From Candidatus Thalassarchaeaceae archaeon (lineage in GTDB: Archaea; Thermoplasmatota; Poseidoniia; Poseidoniales; Thalassarchaeaceae), in NCBI GenBank assembly GCA_029940695.1, contig JAPYUP010000005.1:1120-65119 (forward strand): 64,000 nucleotides of DNA, written 5' to 3'. The position numbers were made by a program, and so were the translations under genes. The notes beneath the pieces are model-generated. The model worked only from the letters and a program-made list of their open reading frames with translations. It did no database searches and was not told where the DNA came from. Below are positions 57,214-64,000 of this stretch, one piece after another. Numbering within the stretch: position 1 is the first letter of the stretch; each line of letters starts with the position of its first letter.

Positions 57214-58302
57214 TCACCGGTCTTCCCAGCGAGTCCAACGTCCAGTTTGCTTGTTGAAGCGCAGTCCGGCCTTCTTCATCCACTTGTTGAACTTCGTGGC
57301 GCCGGCCCCGGTAGCGATGATGAATTCCTCCCTGTCCTCCTGGGCTTGTATGTAGCCCTTGGCGGCGATGGTCTGGTCGATCCACTCATCGATGCTCATC
57401 AGGATTCCCGTGAGGGTGCTCGCCTGGAGAGCGGCCTCCAACTCCTCCGTCGTGGCGCCTGCTGACTCGAGGTCTCTCTTCATAAGGTCGGCAATCGACC
57501 TCGACTTGTCCTTCTGGGGGGGTTTTACCACAGGCATCCGAGGCTTGATGTTAGGGTCTATCTTGATTCTCGACCCATTGTCCAGACGTCTCCCGACGAC
57601 ATGGGCCATGGATGCGTGGAACTCTTCCTCACAATCCCAGCAGATGAACGAGAAATCGGACGAGTTGTCCATGACATTACTACCTCGAGGATCAATTTCC
57701 TCGCCGCAGTGCGGGCAGGCATGGAGGCAGAGCGATGGGGCAATCTTCCTACGGAAGTCGACGATGTCCTGAGGGGTCCCGACCAAGTCGAGCATCTCGT
57801 GGTCCCTCGCAGCCTCAAGTCCCCTGGTCTCCAACTGGTCCCTAATCTTGGACCGCTGCTCGTCCTTGGACTCGTCATCGAGGTTATTCTCGAGCTTAAC
57901 GATTAACTCGATGGTCTTCCCGAGCCTGTTCATGACCAGCTTCTTGTTCCTGAAGGACTCTACTCTAACAAGCCTGAGTTGCTCCTTCTTCTCCTGCAGC
58001 TCGGCGTAGATGTCCTTCTGCTCTCGCTTGAACCGCTGTTCCTCAATCTTGTCTACCTTCTTATGATCATCAGACAGAACATCAGCTAGGAAGCGCTGTC
58101 TGCTGGAGTGCCGGGGTCCAGATATGACGGCATCGATAACTGATTTTGCGACCTCTTTCTTGAGGCCGTAGTTGTTGACCAGAGTCTCGGCATCGAGCTT
58201 CTTGAGATCTCCGATTTTTATGCCGCCATCAGAGAGAATCTGGGCAGTCGTCTCATCGATGCCCCTTCGCAGAAGGGCGAGATAGGTATCCTTCTTTGCC
58301 AT
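57214..58302 (-). CDS. Hypothetical nucleic-acid-binding protein: tandem helix-hairpin-helix N-terminus + central C4 zinc ribbon
   Basis: HhH-like GIKIGDLKKL / GLKKEVAKSVIDAV, then CPHCGEE...CWDCEEEF. Confidence 0.4.
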   Translation of the reverse strand: MAKKDTYLALLRRGIDETTAQILSDGGIKIGDLKKLDAETLVNNYGLKKEVAKSVIDAVISGPRHSSRQRFLADVLSDDHKKVDKIEEQRFKREQKDIYAELQEKKEQLRLVRVESFRNKKLVMNRLGKTIELIVKLENNLDDESKDEQRSKIRDQLETRGLEAARDHEMLDLVGTPQDIVDFRRKIAPSLCLHACPHCGEEIDPRGSNVMDNSSDFSFICWDCEEEFHASMAHVVGRRLDNGSRIKIDPNIKPRMPVVKPPQKDKSRSIADLMKRDLESAGATTEELEAALQASTLTGILMSIDEWIDQTIAAKGYIQAQEDREEFIIATGAGATKFNKWMKKAGLRFNKQTGRWTRWEDR

Positions 58303-58403
58303 TCAACCCCTTCCATGGACCTAGGACTCTCGCACGCCCCCGGCCTTGCAGTGCCGAAGAGGGGGCCCTCTATCAAGTCGCTGTCACTTTTCTGGATAAT
58401 TGG

Positions 58404-59312
58404 CTACATTGACGAAAGTCGGCGTATGAGAGTCACCCAGTCGAGAGCCTCTAGGTTCTCAGGTCTCATGTTTAACCAGCCGCTGGGTAGTCCCTCGATC
58501 TCGGTGTCTTGCATAGCCGCTATAGCTGCACCCCAGCGCTCCTTGTGCCAACCGCTCACGCGGGAAAGCCTGAGGGGGGACTCGGAGAGCAGGGTCCTGA
58601 GCTTTCTCCTACGATAGGCGAAGCAGTGCTTGGTAGTGATCCTGAACAATGCCTTGTCTAACTCCTCCACCTCTGGGCGGATTACAGGTCGGAGAGTCAC
58701 GAGCCTTGAGTGTACGCGTGGTGAGGGGATGAACGAGCTCGGAGCAAGTCTCCTGTCCAAATTGATCTCGAAATCGAGCCACAGGTTCAGGCCTAGGGGC
58801 CCCATGTCATAGGGCGCTGTGGACATTGCCATCCTAGCAGCGAACTCGTCCTGTACGAGCAGTATCACCAGTTCTAGGGAATTCTTGGCATGGTGCACTC
58901 GAATTCTCTCTAGCACAGGGCTGGAGATCTGGTAGGGGAGATTCGATATCACGTGCGTAATTTCTGTGGGCCAAGCGGCAGAAACCGCGTCCACCTCACG
59001 AACTTCAATCTCACATTCGGTACGACCGAATACCCGTTGAAGGTGAGAGACTGACTCGGGGTCAATTTCTAGGGCGGTGACGCGGGCACTGGATCGCAGT
59101 AGCGCGAGAGTGAGCGATCCTGGTCCCGGCCCAATCTCGAGAACGTGGGAGTTCTCGTTCAATGGGCAATCAGATTCCATTGCAAGTTCGATGGTTCGCT
59201 CGATGGCATCGTCGTCGATGAGAAAGTGCTGACCGAGCGACTTCCGCGGGCGGGACCGATCACGAAGAAGGTCCACCAACAGGCGGGTGTCGAGGTCATC
59301 CAATGTCTGCAC
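58404..59312 (-). CDS. ksgA: 16S rRNA (adenine1518/1519-N6)-dimethyltransferase KsgA/Dim1
   Basis: LGQHFLIDD and VLEIGPGPGSLT SAM-binding motifs. Confidence 0.9.
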   Translation of the reverse strand: MQTLDDLDTRLLVDLLRDRSRPRKSLGQHFLIDDDAIERTIELAMESDCPLNENSHVLEIGPGPGSLTLALLRSSARVTALEIDPESVSHLQRVFGRTECEIEVREVDAVSAAWPTEITHVISNLPYQISSPVLERIRVHHAKNSLELVILLVQDEFAARMAMSTAPYDMGPLGLNLWLDFEINLDRRLAPSSFIPSPRVHSRLVTLRPVIRPEVEELDKALFRITTKHCFAYRRRKLRTLLSESPLRLSRVSGWHKERWGAAIAAMQDTEIEGLPSGWLNMRPENLEALDWVTLIRRLSSM

Positions 59313-59315
59313 GTG

Positions 59316-59897
59316 TCACAGCTCTGAGCGTACCAGCAAATCAAGTAAGCGGGGAGTCTGAGCGACATCCTGCATCTCCTTGAGATATCGCTCAGCGAGT
59401 AGTCTAACGGAGTCGATTCCGCAGGCCTCGTCTATTTCCTCGAACGAGCTCCATCCAGCCAACCCCCTGGCTTGTACCATCTGGATGGCCTTCGAGTTGC
59501 CTATTCCAGGAAGCAGTTGGAAGGAATGGAACTTCAGCGATAGGTTGTTGGCGCGATTGTAGAAACCTAGGTGACGGTCTGAGTCGGCTTTGACGGACGC
59601 GCTCAACGCACCGACAATCTCCTGCTGCGCGGAGCCGCTCAAATCCTTTAGGCGGACCTCGGAGAGCGGGCCCAGGTGGTCCGACGGCAGGGTGATTGCC
59701 TTCCCAATCTCCATGCCTTTGACGTCAGTCACTCTAGACCTGACGATGTGAAGCGAGGGTTCGGTGATACATTGAATCTCATGTCCCATGGGCCTCCTCT
59801 CCTGAATACCCAAGACACGGAGATTCGTCTCGTCGTCGAAGGGGCCCTTCGGCTCCTCGTCGGCTTCTTGCCCATCTGTCGGCTGCATGACCCTCAT
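59316..59897 (-). CDS. DUF655/COG1491-type predicted RNA-binding protein (OB-fold + C-terminal HhH)
   Basis: C-terminal LLPGIGNSKAIQMVQAR HhH. Sits in the canonical position between rpoF and ksgA. Confidence 0.55.
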   Translation of the reverse strand: MRVMQPTDGQEADEEPKGPFDDETNLRVLGIQERRPMGHEIQCITEPSLHIVRSRVTDVKGMEIGKAITLPSDHLGPLSEVRLKDLSGSAQQEIVGALSASVKADSDRHLGFYNRANNLSLKFHSFQLLPGIGNSKAIQMVQARGLAGWSSFEEIDEACGIDSVRLLAERYLKEMQDVAQTPRLLDLLVRSEL

Positions 59898-59959
59898 GTC
59901 CTTCAGACAAGTTCCCCCTCATGAAATGAGTTGTTAGGTATTTGCTCAGAAAATCAGCG

Positions 59960-60331
59960 TCAGAGGACATGCTGGCGAATAATCGTGATGACTTCCTCGA
60001 TTTCGGTGGTGTCCATTGCTATCCTCTTGCTGGCGATGATGACCCTCATATCAGCCACTATCAGCGGTGAGAGTTCTGCAATTTTCGAGCAAATGTCAGG
60101 ATGCTGATTTAGCTTCTCGTTCTCCATCAGTGCGTCAAAGAGGTTGTTGAAGACCTTGGGGTCGGTCTTGAGGTCCCCGGTCGGATGCCCTGCGGCACTT
60201 GCCTTCCACTCTGCATGTTGGAGCGCCATGGTCTGTTCGTAGGAGATGTCGCCCCTGCGTACCCTCGCATCCATCAATAAATCCCGGACGGATGCGTAGT
60301 CGATGAATTCCCTATCTGCCCTATCTGCCAT
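59960..60331 (-). CDS. rpoF: DNA-directed RNA polymerase subunit F (Rpo4/RpoF)
   Basis: 123 aa. Recognisable by the conserved L21e-RpoF-DUF655-KsgA neighbourhood and sequence. Confidence 0.7.
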   Translation of the reverse strand: MADRADREFIDYASVRDLLMDARVRRGDISYEQTMALQHAEWKASAAGHPTGDLKTDPKVFNNLFDALMENEKLNQHPDICSKIAELSPLIVADMRVIIASKRIAMDTTEIEEVITIIRQHVL

Positions 60332-60339
60332 AGTTTCAC

Positions 60340-60633
60340 CTATTCTATTGGTTTCAGGTGCTCTGGTCTGGCGACGACGGTCTTCTCCATGTTGCCGTCT
60401 GAGACCTTGATGACGTAAGCTCTCCCCTGGGTTCCGGTGATGATACCTGTACGACCTTGGAAACGTCGGTGTGGCATACCCTTGTGCTGGGCACCGTCAA
60501 GCACAATTGCAACCTTGTCACCATCTTCGTAAGCGTGCATGACGCGGCCTATGAAGAGCCTCCTGCGGTCCCTCTTACCCTTTCGCAGAATACTGCGAGT
60601 ACCCTGACGTAATCCTTTAGTTCGAGTGACCAT
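60340..60633 (-). CDS. rpl21e: 50S ribosomal protein L21e
   Basis: MVTRTKGLRQGTRSILRKGKRDRR..., a typical L21e. Confidence 0.9.
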   Translation of the reverse strand: MVTRTKGLRQGTRSILRKGKRDRRRLFIGRVMHAYEDGDKVAIVLDGAQHKGMPHRRFQGRTGIITGTQGRAYVIKVSDGNMEKTVVARPEHLKPIE

Positions 60634-60709
60634 GTTCTCATCGGTCCTTTACTTGCGAAACCGGGCGACCTGTCGGGCGTTCTTAAGGACTCGGATGCCT
60701 GCACGGCCC

Positions 60710-62143
60710 TCAGTCATCAGCGTGTATCTCCTCGACGTCGAGCCATAGAACCTCGCACTCGCGGTCGATTGCACTTTGCACGGAGGGCACCGTGCGCCCT
60801 TCGTCGGAGTGCACGAGCTCCTTAACGTACGTCCCCGCTTCACAACGGGCGGAGAACTGGACCTCGTCTCCTTCAACCAGAATGCTGCCAACGGAGATGA
60901 CTTTTCGCCTCCTAGTCTTGGCTGCTCTCCTGTGGGAGACGCGTTTCGGAGTCTCTTGGTCGATAACGACTCCGGAGAGGCTGGAGATTGCGCTGGTGAC
61001 CGTTTCCTCGTCAGCGAGGTCATCGGCCCTGAAACGAATTGTGTATGTCTTCTCAGACCTAGACTCTTTCACCTTGCGGACCTTAGAGCGGTCGCACCAA
61101 CTCAAACCATCGACCTCGACCTTGCCTGAAGAATTCTCGTTGACTCTGGCGACTAAGTCATCTAGGGAGTGGTCTCGCTTGGACGGTCGCTTGACTTCGA
61201 GAACGAATGGTCGTCCAGAACCCAAGCACCTAACGTCGATGTCCTCCCGACCCATTCCATGGAATGACGTGTCGTCAGCATCGAGAGCCTCTTTGATAGG
61301 TTCGCCGATGAGGTCCTGAACCGAGTCGGGGTACTGCAGCCCCGTCCCACCACAAGACTCGCAGCCCTCCGCCCTTCCTCTGCAGGCTCTACACGGCCAA
61401 CGGGTCTGCGGAAGGTCGCGTACCAACTTCCTGTACCTCCCATAGAGGAAGAGGGGTCTGACGTCTACGTCTATTCGGAGCGTCAGCCCATCGACGAGGA
61501 CCATGATGTCAGGCTTCTCTTTGACGAAGTCCACTCGATTGTTGACAGATCTGATTCGATGGTGAATCGCCTCTACGAGCGCGCTTTTCAGAGGATAAGA
61601 TCCGGGGGCTCCGTACTTGCTGCGAATCCTGTCTTCCTCTTGAATGAGGTCCTTGGGCAGGTGGATGCCGAACTGGATGGTCGAGTAATCTGTGCCAGAC
61701 AGGGACTCGGAAACCCGCTCCACGATATTTCCGATGTCCTCGAAAAGGTTCTCGCAAAGCGGGCAGAAGTCCTGAGTCACCTTGGATGGCAACTCCTTGT
61801 CGCGCACGTAGGCCTCTCCCCTGAGTACTGCGCCTGCCTCAGCTCCACGCTCGTCGCTCCTGCGTCCGCCGATACGATGCAGGCAGAAATCGCAGACTCC
61901 GATCTTGATTAGGTGAGCGATGCCAAGAGGGGCCGGGCATGGTGGCGCATCCCAGTTGACCGTGTTACCCTCGAAGTCGGAGTCATCGCCGTCGAACCAG
62001 ACATCGTCAGGCTGCTTGTCCTCAATTTCCTCCGTTTCATCAAGTATGAAACCTGTCGAGGCGTATCCCGCGGATGCGTAAAGCTGCCACTCGTCTTCCT
62101 CGTCGAGCTCGGGCTCGACAGCCTTCGGTTCGTCCTCATCCAT
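60710..62143 (-). CDS. pus10: tRNA pseudouridine synthase Pus10 with acidic N-terminal extension
   Basis: CxxC...CxxC zinc finger (CDFCLHR...CPLCENL), THUMP-like region and catalytic HGMGREDIDVR motif. Listed ORF extends to 62395, but its first 84 codons overlap the DUF971 gene; ATG at 62141-62143 (MDEDEPK...) is the likely start. Confidence 0.7.
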   Translation of the reverse strand: MDEDEPKAVEPELDEEDEWQLYASAGYASTGFILDETEEIEDKQPDDVWFDGDDSDFEGNTVNWDAPPCPAPLGIAHLIKIGVCDFCLHRIGGRRSDERGAEAGAVLRGEAYVRDKELPSKVTQDFCPLCENLFEDIGNIVERVSESLSGTDYSTIQFGIHLPKDLIQEEDRIRSKYGAPGSYPLKSALVEAIHHRIRSVNNRVDFVKEKPDIMVLVDGLTLRIDVDVRPLFLYGRYRKLVRDLPQTRWPCRACRGRAEGCESCGGTGLQYPDSVQDLIGEPIKEALDADDTSFHGMGREDIDVRCLGSGRPFVLEVKRPSKRDHSLDDLVARVNENSSGKVEVDGLSWCDRSKVRKVKESRSEKTYTIRFRADDLADEETVTSAISSLSGVVIDQETPKRVSHRRAAKTRRRKVISVGSILVEGDEVQFSARCEAGTYVKELVHSDEGRTVPSVQSAIDRECEVLWLDVEEIHADD

Positions 62144-62237
62144 TCCATCGCCACCGCAACAACGGGGGGTACCCACTGCCTCGATAGCTGGGGGACCGGC
62201 ACACTGCCTTTGACACCTTCGGCAGGGTCGCTCGGAG

Positions 62238-62579
62238 TCAGACGGGGGTGCCGAACTCCTCGGCGACCTTGCGTAGGTGACTGAATGAATGGATGCCCAT
62301 AGAGCACCCAGTTGGCCACTCGAACTGGATGCCGTAGCGGCCCACGGGCTGGACTCTGGGCTTCTCCATCCGGAGTCGGGCGACCTCCTCTTCAAGCTCC
62401 AGGCGACGTTGTTCGTTCTCCTGACGGGGTTTGCAGTTAGCGCACTGGCAGTGCGAGCGGATCAAGAGGTAACTGACTCGGAAAGCAGATCCATCGGCGA
62501 ACCTCAGAACACAGTCCTCGTTTCCTCGCTCAAGGTCGGTCAGCGAGTCTCTCCCCCCATGCCTAGGCTTGCGTCTCAA
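62238..62579 (-). CDS. DUF971 (GBBH-like N-terminal domain) family small protein, hidden inside a longer artefactual ORF
   Basis: C-terminal 113 aa of ORF 62238..62888: CVLRFADGSAFRVSYLLIRSHCQCANC...VQPVGRYGIQFEWPTGCSMGIHSFSHLRKVAEEFG. Has the DUF971 pattern DG..f.v.s..LR..C.CA.C / G.YG..f.W.dGh.sGIy.f. The upstream half of the ORF is antisense to bcp. Start probably TTG at 62577-62579. Confidence 0.55.
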   Translation of the reverse strand: MRRKPRHGGRDSLTDLERGNEDCVLRFADGSAFRVSYLLIRSHCQCANCKPRQENEQRRLELEEEVARLRMEKPRVQPVGRYGIQFEWPTGCSMGIHSFSHLRKVAEEFGTPV

Positions 62580-62624
62580 GTGGTTATAACTGTGGTTTTC
62601 TTGGTTCACAAGCGAGAGAGGGCG

Positions 62625-63083
62625 ATGGCAGACGCGTACGCTCACTTGGTTGGGACGGAGTTCCCTGAGTTCTCGCTGAACAATGACGAAGATAGGACTG
62701 TCGACAGAGACTCGATCCTCGGTAGTTGGACTGTGATATTCTTCTACCCCAAGGACGGCTCTCCGGGATGCACTGTGGAGTCGTGTGGCTTCCGTGACAA
62801 CTACAATCACTTTGAGCGGGCCGGGGTGACCGTCTACGGTGTTTCCTCTGACACCATCGAATCGCACCGTGACTTTCGCTCCAAGCACGGCCTTCAGTAC
62901 AACCTGCTGAGCGATTGTGGTGGGGCCCTAGTCAAGGCTCTGGGGCTGAAGAAGAGTCTGGGCTTCCTCCGAACCCGTGTTACCTTCGTAATCGATGGAA
63001 AAGGCATAGTGCGGAGCACCTACACAAGCCAAATCAACATGAAGGGGCACGTAACCGAGGCTCTCAGGGCAATCGAATCCTAG
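62625..63083 (+). CDS. bcp: Peroxiredoxin (Bcp/PrxQ-type, thioredoxin fold)
   Basis: FPEFSL...WTVIFFYPKDGSPGCTVESCGF with the peroxidatic Cys in PGCT. ORF track starts at 62289; ATG at 62625. Confidence 0.8.
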   Translation: MADAYAHLVGTEFPEFSLNNDEDRTVDRDSILGSWTVIFFYPKDGSPGCTVESCGFRDNYNHFERAGVTVYGVSSDTIESHRDFRSKHGLQYNLLSDCGGALVKALGLKKSLGFLRTRVTFVIDGKGIVRSTYTSQINMKGHVTEALRAIES

Positions 63084-63214
63084 GGTTCGGACTCACGAGG
63101 GTCCAAACCGAATCAGAGGGGCCTCAGTGGGTAGGGAATACACTGCCTAGCAGTCAGCTAGGGCTCTCACAAAACAGAGGAAATGTGAAGAAGAATATCC
63201 ATAATAAGGAAGGT

Positions 63215-64000
63215 ATGGGAAAGAGTGTCCTCCTAATATCGATTCTCTTATTTTCACTGCTACTGCCATTTGGTATTATCTCCCCCACTGAGGCACAGGA
63301 AACTTCTGACTCGCCGGTTGAACCCATTTGTAATGCCAATCGAAATGCCACATGGACAGTTGGGCTCATCTATTGCGATAATCGTGTGAATGAGGATTAC
63401 ACACTCTTCGCTCCGATGACATCCGAGAGCACATACCTCATTGACGCACATGGGCGAATGGTTCACTCGTGGACATCTCCTAGTGGACTGCCCCCCGGTA
63501 TGGCGGTCTACATGCTCGAGGATGGAGATCTGCTGCGAACGACCGACCTTGGTACCAATTTTGATCCTGATGGCAACGGGGTTTCTGGTAAGATTGAGCG
63601 CCTGTCTTGGGACAGCCAAATGGAATGGGAATGGTATTTCCCCGGAGATACCAAGCGTAGCCATCACGATATCGAGCCGTTACCCAATGGGAATTTCCTG
63701 ATGATCGCATGGGAGTTCAAAAACGAATCAGAATCCTACCAAGCAGGACGCGATCCCAACAAGATGGCTCATCACACCAAGCATTCGTCAGAGCTCTGGC
63801 CCGACCACATCGTAGAGGTTCAACCCGTCGGAACCGACCAAGCCAATATCGTCTGGGAGTGGCACATCTGGGATCATCTGATACAGGATTATAATTCCAC
63901 CAAGGACAACTATGGCGTGGTCGCAGATCATCCCGAACTTCTCGACATCAACTTCGCGGATGCTCCGGGCCCGAACAAGTACAAGACCGATTGGATGCAT
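63215..64000 (+). CDS. Secreted arylsulfotransferase (ASST)-like beta-propeller protein, 5' partial (runs off the window end)
   Basis: Not in the ORF track because it has no stop. ATG at 63215 gives a signal peptide MGKSVLLISILLFSLLLPFGIISPTEAQE, then HHDIEPLPNGNFLM and WEWHIWDHLIQD motifs reminiscent of the ASST family. Confidence 0.5.
   Translation, partial: MGKSVLLISILLFSLLLPFGIISPTEAQETSDSPVEPICNANRNATWTVGLIYCDNRVNEDYTLFAPMTSESTYLIDAHGRMVHSWTSPSGLPPGMAVYMLEDGDLLRTTDLGTNFDPDGNGVSGKIERLSWDSQMEWEWYFPGDTKRSHHDIEPLPNGNFLMIAWEFKNESESYQAGRDPNKMAHHTKHSSELWPDHIVEVQPVGTDQANIVWEWHIWDHLIQDYNSTKDNYGVVADHPELLDINFADAPGPNKYKTDWMH

Noticed and set aside
62144-62395. N-terminal 84 codons of the Pus10 ORF (MKRRSPDSGWRSPESS...CRRCQRQC...)
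   Set aside because: This stretch overlaps the DUF971 gene in another frame on the same strand. The Arg/Ser/Pro-rich composition is typical of a spurious extension. The ATG at 62143 gives a sensible Pus10 start 94 nt downstream of the DUF971 stop.
62289-62888. Long forms of ORFs 62289..63083 (+) and 62238..62888 (-)
   Set aside because: Only the 3' portions are real: bcp from ATG 62625, and DUF971 from about 62579 on the other strand. The 5' extensions arise from GTG/TTG-as-Met calling and overlap each other antisense.

Overview
This 64 kb window reads as an archaeal (euryarchaeal-type) chromosome segment, about 55-58% GC in the housekeeping genes and almost fully coding. The lineage call rests on an 11-subunit nuoABCDHIJ1J2KLMN cluster without nuoEFG, an intron-containing tRNA-Tyr, PGF-CTERM sorting signals, and the conserved aIF1A-Rio1-KH(Dim2) and L21e-RpoF-DUF655-KsgA gene clusters. 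Annotated left to right: (1) a biotin-dependent acyl-CoA carboxylase operon, with a BCCP fragment at the window edge followed by biotin carboxylase, a crotonase-fold enzyme and a carboxyltransferase beta subunit; (2) the aIF1A/Rio1/KH cluster; (3) the nuo operon, about 12 kb, carrying several lineage-specific insertions; (4) a 14.6 kb, five-gene island of visibly lower GC (about 40-50% on spot checks) encoding giant envelope proteins, with no homolog-based function assignable from sequence. These are a CARDB-repeat protein, a 1488-aa membrane-anchored S8 subtilase, a small TM protein, a 1459-aa orphan secreted protein, and a PKD protein with a cytoplasmic zinc ribbon; (5) L15e, tRNA-Tyr, FtsZ and two tandem paralogous PGF-CTERM proteins that share an upstream element; (6) a housekeeping block. 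That block holds HisRS, Nnr, an SNF transporter, an M14 carboxypeptidase, MscS, GpmA, UppS, NUDIX, RidA, a phosphohexomutase, tRNA-Thr, PGK, an M24 peptidase, a LOG-family protein, ferredoxin, KsgA, DUF655, RpoF, L21e, Pus10, a hidden DUF971 gene, Bcp and a truncated ASST-like gene. The ORF track accepts GTG/TTG as Met, so many listed starts are over-extended and I corrected them where the sequence allowed. No CRISPR array, transposase or integrase was seen.
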